The position numbers and the translations under genes were made by a program. Shown here in pieces: positions 26,120 to 34,779 of a stretch of 64,000 bases of DNA (position 1 is the stretch's first letter; each line of letters begins with the position of its first letter). The notes beneath the pieces were generated by a model that was not told where the DNA came from, did not search any database, and saw nothing but the letters and a program-made list of their open reading frames with translations. The stretch lies in assembly GCF_016712865.1 (NCBI RefSeq), contig NZ_JADJQH010000004.1; one strand, given 5' to 3'. Origin of the DNA: Dokdonella sp. Lineage in GTDB: Bacteria; Pseudomonadota; Gammaproteobacteria; Xanthomonadales; Rhodanobacteraceae.

Positions 26120-28099
26120 ATGAAAACGCGTTTGGGGCATTACGACATCGTTGCCGAGCTGGGTCGAGGCGGCATGGGTGTGGTTTACAAGGGCCACGAG
26201 TCCTCACTCAACCGCTATGTCGCAATCAAGGTGCTGGCAGAGTCGCTGGCCCACGATGAGGGCGTGAAAGAGCGCTTCCTGCGTGAAGCACGCAGCATGG
26301 CGGCCCTCAACGACCCGCACATCATCCAGATCTACTTCATCGGCGAGGATGAAGGCCAGACCTACTTCGTCATGGAATTCGTCGAGGGCGAATCGCTCGG
26401 CACCCTGCTCAAGCGCGAGAACAAGGTGGCGACGGGGCCGGCGGCGAAGATCATCTACCAGACCGCCCTCGGTCTTGCCACGGCCCATGACAAGGGCGTG
26501 ATCCATCGCGACATCAAACCCGGCAACCTGATGGTTTCCAGTCGCGGCTCGATCAAGATCGCCGACTTCGGCATCGCCTTGTCCAACCAGGACCTGTCCA
26601 AGAAGCTGACCTCGACCGGCGAATTTGTCGGCACCCCCGGCTATTTGTCGCCGGAAGTCTGCCTTGGCCAGCCCGTCGACCAGCGTTCCGACATCTTCTC
26701 GCTCGGCATCGTGTTGTTCGAGATGCTGGCCGGCCGCATGCCGTTCACCGATGAATCGCCGCTCGGCCTCATGCTCGAGGTGGTGCGTGCGGAAATCCCG
26801 GACGTGCGCCAACTCAACAACGAGGTCGATGAACAGATCGCCTGGATCCTGTCCAAGATGATCGCCAAGGAACCGATCGACCGCTACCAGAGCTGCCACG
26901 AGCTGGCGGAAGATCTCGCCGCGCATCCGCTGGTGGCCAAGGGCGGTCCGATCACGCTGGTTCCCAAGGTCTCTGCGGCTGCGGCAACGATGGTGGGCCA
27001 GCGCACACCGGCACACGCACAGCGACCAACGCCCATCTCGGTTCCCGCAGGCATGGCCTCGGCGAATACGCGCATCACACCCTCGGCCCAGCCCATGCCG
27101 CCAACCGGGCTGCGCTCTGCACCGGCGAGCGCGGAGCCGGCATTCGAGCGCCGCTCGGTGCTTGAAAGCTCGGATCGCGCCGAAGCCAGGCGCAGCAGTC
27201 CGCTGGTGCCGGTGGCCATCGCTGCCATCCTGCTGCTTGGCCTGGTGGGATTGGGCTGGGCGTTCCGTGATCGCATCCCGGGCCTCGGCAACGCGCAGAA
27301 CGCCGCGGTGGCGACCACGACCACTCCTACCGCGCAAGCCCCGGCACAACTGACCGCAGACGCTGCGCCGACCACGAATGCTTCCAGCACGACACCGGTA
27401 GCGGACAACAACCCGGCAACCGCGCAAGCTGACAGTCCGGCAAATGCAAATGGTGATGGCAGCGCATCCCTGCCAGCAGACAGCCAGGCCGTTGCCGCCA
27501 CAACGGAGGAGGCCCCGGGTCCACGCGCCTCGCAGGCCGATGTCGATGCCCTGCAGAACCTGCCGGCCGCACGTGCCGCGCAGGATGCCCAGGTGCAGGC
27601 GCCGGAAGCGCGCGCCGATGACGCGACCCAGGTTGCCGTGGTCAGGAAACCGACCGTGCAGGAGCCGCGTGCACCACGCGTTCCCACCGTGGCCATCGCG
27701 GCCGTGGGTGACGACGTGATTTCGGATCCGGCGCGCGATGCCATTACCGATTTGCTGCAGCGTCGCGGCTTCCGCGTCATCGAGGCGGGCCAGGCACCGA
27801 ACGGTCGCCCGAACTTCCGCGCCCTGGCTGGACGCGCGCACGCGGTCATCGTGATTGCGGCCAAACCGGTCGGGTCGCAGAACCTCAACTACTACGGTCA
27901 AAGCTCGACGCTGTACACCGTGCAGTTGGGTGTGAAGGCGTTCCGCACTTCGGACGGCAGTGTGTTGATGAGCAGCCCGCTGGAGCAGGTCAATTTCAGC
28001 ACGCTCAATGCCACCGAGAAGGCCCAGGAAGCCATCGAGCCGCTGCTGGATTCGGTGGATCGCAATCTCGCCGAGTTCCGCGAATCGCGCCGCGGCTGA
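26120..28099 (+). CDS. Membrane-anchored Ser/Thr protein kinase with Ala/Pro/Thr-rich linker and C-terminal extracytoplasmic domain
   Basis: GRGGMGVVYKG, AIKVL, HRDIKPGNLMV, DFGIA, GTPGYLSPE. One TM (LVPVAIAAILLLGLVGLGWAF). ATG 26120 preceded by GGAGA. Confidence 0.9.
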   Translation: MKTRLGHYDIVAELGRGGMGVVYKGHESSLNRYVAIKVLAESLAHDEGVKERFLREARSMAALNDPHIIQIYFIGEDEGQTYFVMEFVEGESLGTLLKRENKVATGPAAKIIYQTALGLATAHDKGVIHRDIKPGNLMVSSRGSIKIADFGIALSNQDLSKKLTSTGEFVGTPGYLSPEVCLGQPVDQRSDIFSLGIVLFEMLAGRMPFTDESPLGLMLEVVRAEIPDVRQLNNEVDEQIAWILSKMIAKEPIDRYQSCHELAEDLAAHPLVAKGGPITLVPKVSAAAATMVGQRTPAHAQRPTPISVPAGMASANTRITPSAQPMPPTGLRSAPASAEPAFERRSVLESSDRAEARRSSPLVPVAIAAILLLGLVGLGWAFRDRIPGLGNAQNAAVATTTTPTAQAPAQLTADAAPTTNASSTTPVADNNPATAQADSPANANGDGSASLPADSQAVAATTEEAPGPRASQADVDALQNLPAARAAQDAQVQAPEARADDATQVAVVRKPTVQEPRAPRVPTVAIAAVGDDVISDPARDAITDLLQRRGFRVIEAGQAPNGRPNFRALAGRAHAVIVIAAKPVGSQNLNYYGQSSTLYTVQLGVKAFRTSDGSVLMSSPLEQVNFSTLNATEKAQEAIEPLLDSVDRNLAEFRESRRG

Positions 28100-28122
28100 T
28101 CGCTTTCTCTGCGTTGTTCGTG

Positions 28123-28154
28123 AAAAAGGGCGGACTCCGGTCCGCCCTTTTTTG
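28123..28154 (+). terminator. Rho-independent terminator (bidirectional shape)
   Basis: aaaaa-GGGCGGAC-tccg-GTCCGCCC-ttttttg, 24 nt after the kinase stop. Confidence 0.75.
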
Positions 28155-28183
28155 TTCTTTTTCCTTTCGCCTTTGGCGTGGTC

Positions 28184-28895
28184 AAGCACAAAGCTTTCAC
28201 GCGCCTCCGGCGCGCGAGTTGAAGCCTGTGGCCGAAGGTAAATACCAAAGCGTTTCGGACCGCCCTGCGGGCGTCCCAAGTCACCTTTCTTTGGTGGGCA
28301 AAGAAAGGTAACCCAAAGAAAGCCCACCCGGGTTTCGTGCATCGCTCGCATGGCGAGCGATGTGCCCTTCGTTCCTTGCCGTCCACGGGCCGGCGCCAAC
28401 TCGGCCATCCATGGCCATCGGGGCCCCTGCCGGACGGCAATCGACCTGAGGAAACGCCCGCAGGGACGCGCGCTCGATGCGCGCGTGCCGAACGCCGGCA
28501 CACGGATGTGCCGTCGAGAGGCCCCGAAGGTGGATTGCGAACTCGCAGGGCAGACGACGGCATGGATGCCGGAGGTAGAGCAACGCAAGGAGCAGTTGCC
28601 GGAAGCCCGCAGAGCGTCTGGCCGGGGTGGCCTTCTCTTTGGTTACATTTCTCTGACTCCGGGCATCCTGCCCTCCGCCCTCCGGGCCAGCTCCGCTGTT
28701 CGCGCCGCTCCTGCGGCGCAGTGGCCACTCAAGAGAAAGTAACTCGCGCGCCGGAGGCGTGTGAAAGCTCTGTTCTTACAATGGCCGAAGACGCGATAAA
28801 GCTGGCCCTGAAGGGCGGTCCGAAACGCCTTGGAACTTACCCTTGCCCAAGGGCGGGAACCGGTGCGCCGCAGACGTGTGAAAGCTTTGGGGCAA
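28184..28895. repeat. Composite ~0.7-kb noncoding repeat region with long inverted arms
   Basis: aaagctttcacgcgcctccggcgcgcgagtt (28190-28220) is the reverse complement of 28741-28771 with 2 mismatches. A second arm pair (ggtaaataccaaagcgtttcggaccgccctg / cagggcggtccgaaacgccttgg). A third partial copy gtgtgaaagcttt near 28878. Confidence 0.8.
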
Positions 28896-28985
28896 AATGA
28901 CGGTTATGCGTATGAACGCATGCGCCCAAGGTTCAACCGGGCAACCTTGCCAAGCCCGCAAACACGGACAAGATGAGCAAAGACC

Positions 28986-31247
28986 TCAGATCGGACGCAA
29001 TCCGGCAAACGCCGCCACCAGCCATTTCTGTCCGACGCGCTCGAAGTTGACCTGCACCCGAGCATGGTTGCCGCTGCCTTCGCAATCGACCACCACGCCT
29101 TCGCCGAAGCTGGCGTGGCGCACGCGCTGGCCGAGCTTGAGTCCCGGCGCCGCGGAATCCGCCAGGGATGAGCGGGCACCCGCATAAGGCCGGCTCACTT
29201 GCACGCGCGGGCGCACCTCATGCAGCAATCCGGATGGAATCTCGCCGAGGAATCGCGAAGGCCGTCCGAACATTTCCATGCCGTGCATGCGGCGGGATTC
29301 CGCATAGCACAGCACCAGGTGCTGGCGTGCGCGGGTAATGCCGACATAGGCCAGGCGGCGTTCTTCTTCAAGCCGTCCGGGTTCTTCGAGCGACTTGTGG
29401 CTGGGAAACAGGCCGTCTTCGAGACCAACCAGGAACACCAGCGGAAACTCCAGACCCTTGGCCGAATGCAAGGTCATCAACTGCACGCAATCCTGCCAGC
29501 TCTCGCCTTGTCCCTCGCCGGCTTCCAGCGCGGCATGCGAGAGAAACGCGGCCAGCTCGGACAGGCCCGCTTCGATGTCTTCGGCCGAACGCTCGAAGCG
29601 ACTGGCCACATTGATCAGTTCGTCGAGATTCTCGGTACGGGTTTCCGCACTGGTCTTGTCCTTCTCGTGATACTCGCGCAAGCCGGAGCGGACGATGGCG
29701 TGATCCATCTGCTCGGCCAGCGGCAAAGGCTCGTCACTGTGCGCTTGATCCGTATCCGATGCCTCATCCGTTCGCGGCGCCAGGCAATCGCGGGCCAGTG
29801 CATCGACCAGGGCCAGGAACGCGCGCAGCGCATTCTTCGCCCGCGCCGCCAGAGTGGTGTCGGTCAATTCGGCCAGCGCCGCTTCCCACAACGAGGTGTC
29901 CATGCGCCGCGCGCGGGCGCGCACCAAGTCGATGCTGCGATCACCGATGCCGCGCGGTGGCGTGTTCACCACACGCTCGAACGCGGCATCGTCGTGGCGA
30001 TTGGCGATCAGGCGCAGGTAGGCCAGGGCATCCTTGATTTCGGCACGATCAAAAAAGCGCTGCCCGCCGTACACGCGGTAGGCGATTGTGTGCTGGACCA
30101 GTTGCTCCTCGAAGTTGCGTGATTGCGCATTCGAGCGGTACAGGATCGCCACCTCACTGGGCACATGACCGGCGCGCAGGTACTCACGGATGCGTTCGAT
30201 GACGAAGCGTGCTTCGTCCTGTTCGTTGTATGCCGCGTACACCGCAATCGGCTCACCGGCTTCATCGGCGGTCCACAACTGTTTGCCGAGCCGACTCGGG
30301 TTATGCGCAATCACCGCATTGGCGGCGCCCAGGATGTTGGCGGTGGATCGATAGTTCTGTTCGAGCCGAATGGTCTTCGCATTGGGAAAATCGCGCAGGA
30401 AATGCTGCACATTCTCGACCCGTGCGCCACGCCAGCCGTAGATGGCCTGGTCGTCATCGCCGACCACGAACACGCGCCCGCTCTGGCCGGCCAGCACGCG
30501 AATCCATGCGTATTGCAGGGTGTTGGTGTCCTGGAACTCGTCGATCAGGAGGTGGTTCCAGCGCTCGCGGTAGTGCGCAAGCAAGGCCTCATCGTGCAGC
30601 CACAACTCGTGTGCGCGCAGCAGCAGTTCGGCGAAATCCACCAGCCCGGCCCGCTGGCAGGCGCGCTCGTAGGCCTGGTAGATGTCGACCAGTGTGCGTG
30701 CCACCGGATTTCCCGCAACCTCAATCATCCCCGGGCGTTTGCCCTCGTCCTTGGCCGAGTTGATGAACCAGCAGGCCTGGCGCGGTGGGAAGCGGGCCTC
30801 GTCGATGCCCAAACCCTGGATGGTGCGCTTGACCATGCGCTGCTGGTCATCCGCGTCGAGAATCTGGAAGGTTTCCGGCAGCTTCGCTTCGCGCCAATGG
30901 CGACGCAGCAGGCGATGGGCAATGCCGTGGAAGGTGCCGATGGTCAGGCCGCGCAGTCCTTCCCCCACCAGGGCCTGGGTGCGCGCGCGCATTTCCGCCG
31001 CCGCCTTGTTGGTGAAGGTGACGGCAAGAATGGACCACGGCGAAGCCCGCTCGACCTCCAGCAACCAGCCGATGCGATGGGTGAGTACGCGCGTCTTGCC
31101 GGAACCTGCGCCGGCCAACACCAGATAGTCGCCCGGCGCCGCACTGACGGCTTCACGTTGCGCGGGGTTGAGTTGGTCCAGCAGGTGGGAGACATCTCCC
31201 GCCAATTCCCTGTTCCGTTCCGAACCCGCTGTCGGCTCGCGACTCAC
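28986..31247 (-). CDS. uvrD: DNA helicase II (UvrD)
   Basis: AGAGSGKTRVLTHR (Walker A), DEFQDTN, VGDDDQAIYGWRGA, C-terminal FGEGVVVDCEGSGNHARVQVNFERVGQKWLVAAFAGL. GTG start. Confidence 0.9.
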   Translation of the reverse strand: MSREPTAGSERNRELAGDVSHLLDQLNPAQREAVSAAPGDYLVLAGAGSGKTRVLTHRIGWLLEVERASPWSILAVTFTNKAAAEMRARTQALVGEGLRGLTIGTFHGIAHRLLRRHWREAKLPETFQILDADDQQRMVKRTIQGLGIDEARFPPRQACWFINSAKDEGKRPGMIEVAGNPVARTLVDIYQAYERACQRAGLVDFAELLLRAHELWLHDEALLAHYRERWNHLLIDEFQDTNTLQYAWIRVLAGQSGRVFVVGDDDQAIYGWRGARVENVQHFLRDFPNAKTIRLEQNYRSTANILGAANAVIAHNPSRLGKQLWTADEAGEPIAVYAAYNEQDEARFVIERIREYLRAGHVPSEVAILYRSNAQSRNFEEQLVQHTIAYRVYGGQRFFDRAEIKDALAYLRLIANRHDDAAFERVVNTPPRGIGDRSIDLVRARARRMDTSLWEAALAELTDTTLAARAKNALRAFLALVDALARDCLAPRTDEASDTDQAHSDEPLPLAEQMDHAIVRSGLREYHEKDKTSAETRTENLDELINVASRFERSAEDIEAGLSELAAFLSHAALEAGEGQGESWQDCVQLMTLHSAKGLEFPLVFLVGLEDGLFPSHKSLEEPGRLEEERRLAYVGITRARQHLVLCYAESRRMHGMEMFGRPSRFLGEIPSGLLHEVRPRVQVSRPYAGARSSLADSAAPGLKLGQRVRHASFGEGVVVDCEGSGNHARVQVNFERVGQKWLVAAFAGLRPI

Positions 31248-31251
31248 GCGT

Positions 31252-31872
31252 TCAATGCGCTTCGGCGTGTTTGCGCGGAATCGATTGCATGATGCGGTCG
31301 GTCACGGCAATGCCGATTGCGGAAAGGATGAACACGCAGTGGATGATGGTCTGCCAAAGCACGCCGGTGGGCGTCAGCATGGTGCAGGTCTGGACTGCGC
31401 CATTGGCGGCGGCGCTGACCGCAGCGGCAAGCTGGTCCTCATCACAGAACGGAAGGCCATTGAGCGGCCCGGCAGCAATGAAGGTCTTGAGCAAGTGGAT
31501 CGAGGAAATGCCGATGATGGCCATGGCGAGCTTGACCTTGAGCACCGAGGCGTTGACGTGGCTCAACCATTCCGGCTGATCCGGATGGCCCTGCAGGCCA
31601 AGCCGTGAAACAAAAGTTTCGTAACCACCGACGATGACCATGATCAGCAGGTTCGAGATCATCACCACGTCGATCAGGCCGAGCACGATCAGCATGATCT
31701 GCTGTTCGCCAAACGAGGTCGCGTGCGAGATCAGGTGCAGCAGTTCCTTGACGAACAGCACCACGTACACGCCCTGCGCGACAATCAAGCCCAAGTACAG
31801 GGGCAGCTGCAGCCAGCGCGAGGAGAAGATCAGCGCGGGGAAGAACTTCATCGGATATTGATTGTTCGGCAT
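31252..31872 (-). CDS. UPF0114 family membrane protein (YqhA-like)
   Basis: SSRWLQLPLYLGLIVAQGVYV...VMISNLLIMVIVGGYETFVSRL resembles YqhA. Alternative start at ATG 31851. Confidence 0.8.
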   Translation of the reverse strand: MPNNQYPMKFFPALIFSSRWLQLPLYLGLIVAQGVYVVLFVKELLHLISHATSFGEQQIMLIVLGLIDVVMISNLLIMVIVGGYETFVSRLGLQGHPDQPEWLSHVNASVLKVKLAMAIIGISSIHLLKTFIAAGPLNGLPFCDEDQLAAAVSAAANGAVQTCTMLTPTGVLWQTIIHCVFILSAIGIAVTDRIMQSIPRKHAEAH

Positions 31873-31908
31873 GCGAGACTCGCGGGATTTCGGGAATCGC
31901 GCATTCTA

Positions 31909-32979
31909 TCAAGAGGCCGCAACGGCTCCGGCATCCGGCAGCAATTTCACCCCCGGCAATCCGAGCACATAGTCCATGCCCATGAGTTTCGACGGTGTGT
32001 AATAGCCTCCGGCGACCGGTGTCGCCAGCAGGTGCTGGACGATGCCCAGGCTGGCGGTGACCGTCAGCTCGTAGCCATTCGGGGTGAGCATGGAAAGGCT
32101 TTCCCGCCGACCCGCCGCATTGCGCACCTCGCCCCAGATCTGGCAGCCGCTGCGCCGGCGGCGCGCGGCGTCGGGTCCGGCGGTCTGGCCGGCTCGGTTC
32201 TGCAGGAACTTCTGCACCACCTGCATGCGCAGCAACCAGCGCAGGTGATTGAGCCAGCGCAGGCGTGTGATCGTCTTGGGCGGTGCCGTCATGTAGGTTT
32301 CAATGTTGGCGATGCCGGTGGAGACGAATGCGGTGTACACATCACCCCACGGAATGCTCATCGCCACACGCCCGGTGCCGTCCGCGCGGGTGAACTCGCG
32401 CACCTTCCAGGCCAGGGGTACGCTGGCGAGTTCGCCATTGATGCGGGCTCGCCCACCCTTGGCCAAACCTTCCACGCTGGTGCGCGCGGTACCCGGGCTG
32501 GGTCCGCCGCCGGCATCGAAGGCGAGCATCAGATGGCTTGCGTCGGGCAGGCGTTGCTTGAGCATGGCTGCCAGGCAATCGGTGGGAACCACGTCGAAGC
32601 CGGTACCCGGCAACACCACCACGCCCTCGTGCTGCGCGCGCGGATGGCTGTGGTGGCAGCGTTCGAACACGTCAATCTCGCCGGTGATGTCGAGATAGTG
32701 CACCTTGTTGCGCAAGCAGGCTTCCAGCAGCGGTTCACAGGTCCGCGCGAAGGGGCCCGCGCAATTGAGCAGCAACTGCATGCCATCCATGTTGCGATCA
32801 ATGACGTTGCCGTCGTGCAGTTCGAAAACACGTCGGGTCAGCTTGTGTGGCGCGGCCAGTTCATCCAGGGCATCGCGGTTGCGGCCCGCCAGCACCGGCC
32901 GCATGCCACGCTTGACCGCTTCGGCAACAATCAGCTTGCCGGTGTAGCCATTGGCACCGTAGATCATCAGCGGCATCAT
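31909..32979 (-). CDS. Saccharopine dehydrogenase-like NAD(P)-binding protein
   Basis: MMPLMIYGANGYTGKLIVAEAVKRG Rossmann N-terminus. 4-nt overlap with the SDR gene. Confidence 0.75.
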   Translation of the reverse strand: MMPLMIYGANGYTGKLIVAEAVKRGMRPVLAGRNRDALDELAAPHKLTRRVFELHDGNVIDRNMDGMQLLLNCAGPFARTCEPLLEACLRNKVHYLDITGEIDVFERCHHSHPRAQHEGVVVLPGTGFDVVPTDCLAAMLKQRLPDASHLMLAFDAGGGPSPGTARTSVEGLAKGGRARINGELASVPLAWKVREFTRADGTGRVAMSIPWGDVYTAFVSTGIANIETYMTAPPKTITRLRWLNHLRWLLRMQVVQKFLQNRAGQTAGPDAARRRRSGCQIWGEVRNAAGRRESLSMLTPNGYELTVTASLGIVQHLLATPVAGGYYTPSKLMGMDYVLGLPGVKLLPDAGAVAAS

Positions 32980-33785
32980 GGGTCAGCCCTCCGCGCCTGC
33001 ACCGCGCGCATCAATTTGCGGAAATACAGATTGGGAAACCAGCGCTTGATGCGCCAGCGCTGGCGCACCTCGGCGCTTGGCAGGATGAGGAACTCGCCAT
33101 GCGCGACTGCCTGGAAAATCTGCTCGGCAATATCCGCAGCCGATTCCTTGGCATCACGCATCAGGCTTGCAGCGATGTTGCGGGTTGTCGTATCCGGTCC
33201 GCGGAAGCTCTCCAACAGATTGGTCTGGAAGAAGCTCGGGCAGACCACGGAAACGCCGACGCCGCTGCCGTGAAGGTCGGCGCGCAAGCCTTCCGACACG
33301 GCCACCACACCGGCCTTTGCCGCCGCGTAGCAGGCCATGCCGGGAGCGCCGGCCAGCGCCGCGAACGATGCGATGTTGACGATGTGGCCCTTGCCCTGTT
33401 CGATCAACACCGGCCCGAACAGGCGACAACCGCGCGCCACGCCCAGCAGGTTGATGTTGAGCATCCAATGCCAGTCGGCAGTGGACGCATTGAGCACGGA
33501 GCCGCCGGCGGCAACACCGGCATTGTTGATGACCAGATCCACGCCATCCCAGGCAGCGAGCACGAGATCCCGCAGGGTCTCGAAGGAATCGTCATCGCCC
33601 ACGTCCACCTGCAGGGCCATGGCGCCGATGCCAAAGCCGGTGATCAGGCTCACCGTTTCCTCGGCGCGATCCATGCGGATGTCCGCGCAGGCCACGCGCC
33701 AGCCGGCTTCGGCATAGCGGAAAGCCAATGCGCGGCCAAGACCGCTGCCGGCACCGGTAATGAGGACACGCTGTGCTTTGCTCAT
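32976..33785 (-). CDS. Short-chain dehydrogenase/reductase (SDR)
   Basis: ATG 33785. TGAGSGLGRA, NNAG, YAAAKAG catalytic motif. Confidence 0.88.
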   Translation of the reverse strand: MSKAQRVLITGAGSGLGRALAFRYAEAGWRVACADIRMDRAEETVSLITGFGIGAMALQVDVGDDDSFETLRDLVLAAWDGVDLVINNAGVAAGGSVLNASTADWHWMLNINLLGVARGCRLFGPVLIEQGKGHIVNIASFAALAGAPGMACYAAAKAGVVAVSEGLRADLHGSGVGVSVVCPSFFQTNLLESFRGPDTTTRNIAASLMRDAKESAADIAEQIFQAVAHGEFLILPSAEVRQRWRIKRWFPNLYFRKLMRAVQARRADP

Positions 33786-33804
33786 GGGCTGTTCCAAAGC
33801 GGAT

Positions 33805-34524
33805 TCAGGCAGGCGGCGGGGTTTGCGCAAACAGGGTCTCGGCGCGCTGGAACAGGACCCAGGACGTTGCAATGTACTTGTCACCCCCGCTCGGCATGTT
33901 GCCGCGATGGGTGTGGGTAAACCCGGCAGGCGCCATCAGCAGGGAGCCGGTTTGCGGAACGATCTTGCGTTGCTGGTAAACGAACTCGGTTTCACCGGCA
34001 GCGAACCCCTCATTGAGGTAGACCGACCACAGCAAGATGCGATGCAGGGTTTCACCGTTGTGGTCGCCGATCTTCGGGTACAGCTCGCAATGCCAATACG
34101 GATAGCCGCCCTGGTTGGCAATGTATTTCTGGATGTTGATCGTGCCCGGTCGCAGCAACTTGACCAGCAGGCGCTGCAGGCGCTCATCAGACATGGTGGA
34201 AATGCTTTCGGCATCCAGTTCGCGCAACCCCTGGCCATCGGCATCCGGCACCTTCAGGAACAGGGGCGCAATGATGAGATGCGGATATTTGCGCACGTAG
34301 GGAATCAGGCAACGCATCATCACGGAATTGAGCATGTTCACGGCACCAGCCCATTCCGCATGATCGTCAATGCAGATGTCCCAGCTGTCCTTCAGACGCG
34401 TGTTCACGCCACCGCCGGTCTTGCCGCGCACCGCCTTGCCGCTGGCCTCGAAATGGCGGATCAAGGCCTGGCAATCGCCTTCCGCTACCGCATGTGCGTA
34501 GATCTCGATGAAATCGCTGCTCAT
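33805..34524 (-). CDS. 2OG-Fe(II) oxygenase-like protein (TIGR02466/2OG-FeII_Oxy_5-like)
   Basis: 239 aa. ...YPYWHCELYP...HRILLWSVYLNEGFAAGETEF...GSLLMAPAGFTHTHRG. Family assignment from pattern only. Confidence 0.6.
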   Translation of the reverse strand: MSSDFIEIYAHAVAEGDCQALIRHFEASGKAVRGKTGGGVNTRLKDSWDICIDDHAEWAGAVNMLNSVMMRCLIPYVRKYPHLIIAPLFLKVPDADGQGLRELDAESISTMSDERLQRLLVKLLRPGTINIQKYIANQGGYPYWHCELYPKIGDHNGETLHRILLWSVYLNEGFAAGETEFVYQQRKIVPQTGSLLMAPAGFTHTHRGNMPSGGDKYIATSWVLFQRAETLFAQTPPPA

Positions 34525-34592
34525 GGCTCCGCTCTGCGCACACGTGTGTATTGGTTTCGATGAAGTCGCTGCTCATGGCTCCGCTCTGCGCA
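34505..34592. repeat. Tandem duplication (two 36-nt copies, 52-nt period) covering the start codon of the oxygenase gene
   Basis: tcgatgaa(a/g)tcgctgctcatggctccgctctgcgca at 34505-34540 and 34557-34592, one mismatch. Confidence 0.9.
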
Positions 34593-34779
34593 TTCCGCCC
34601 GGACGCCACTGGCCCCTGCGGCATCCTGATCTGCGCGGTGCAGCAAGGCTTGCTGGCCGGCGCCGCCGGAATGCTACCACCCGGCATGCACGGCACGGCA
34701 GCTTGCGGTGCCCGGGTCACTGCGCGGCAGGTGCCAACAATGCGATCATGCCGGCGGTTCGGCATGTGGAGAGACGGTG

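Noticed and set aside
26204-28588. A 794-aa ORF antisense to the kinase gene.
   Set aside because: Arg/Gly/His-rich low-information sequence on the opposite strand of a gene with unambiguous kinase motifs, so it is a high-GC shadow ORF. The same reasoning applies to 11143-12900, 15740-16690, 56018-57322, 55971-57176, 60065-antisense frames and similar entries in the track.
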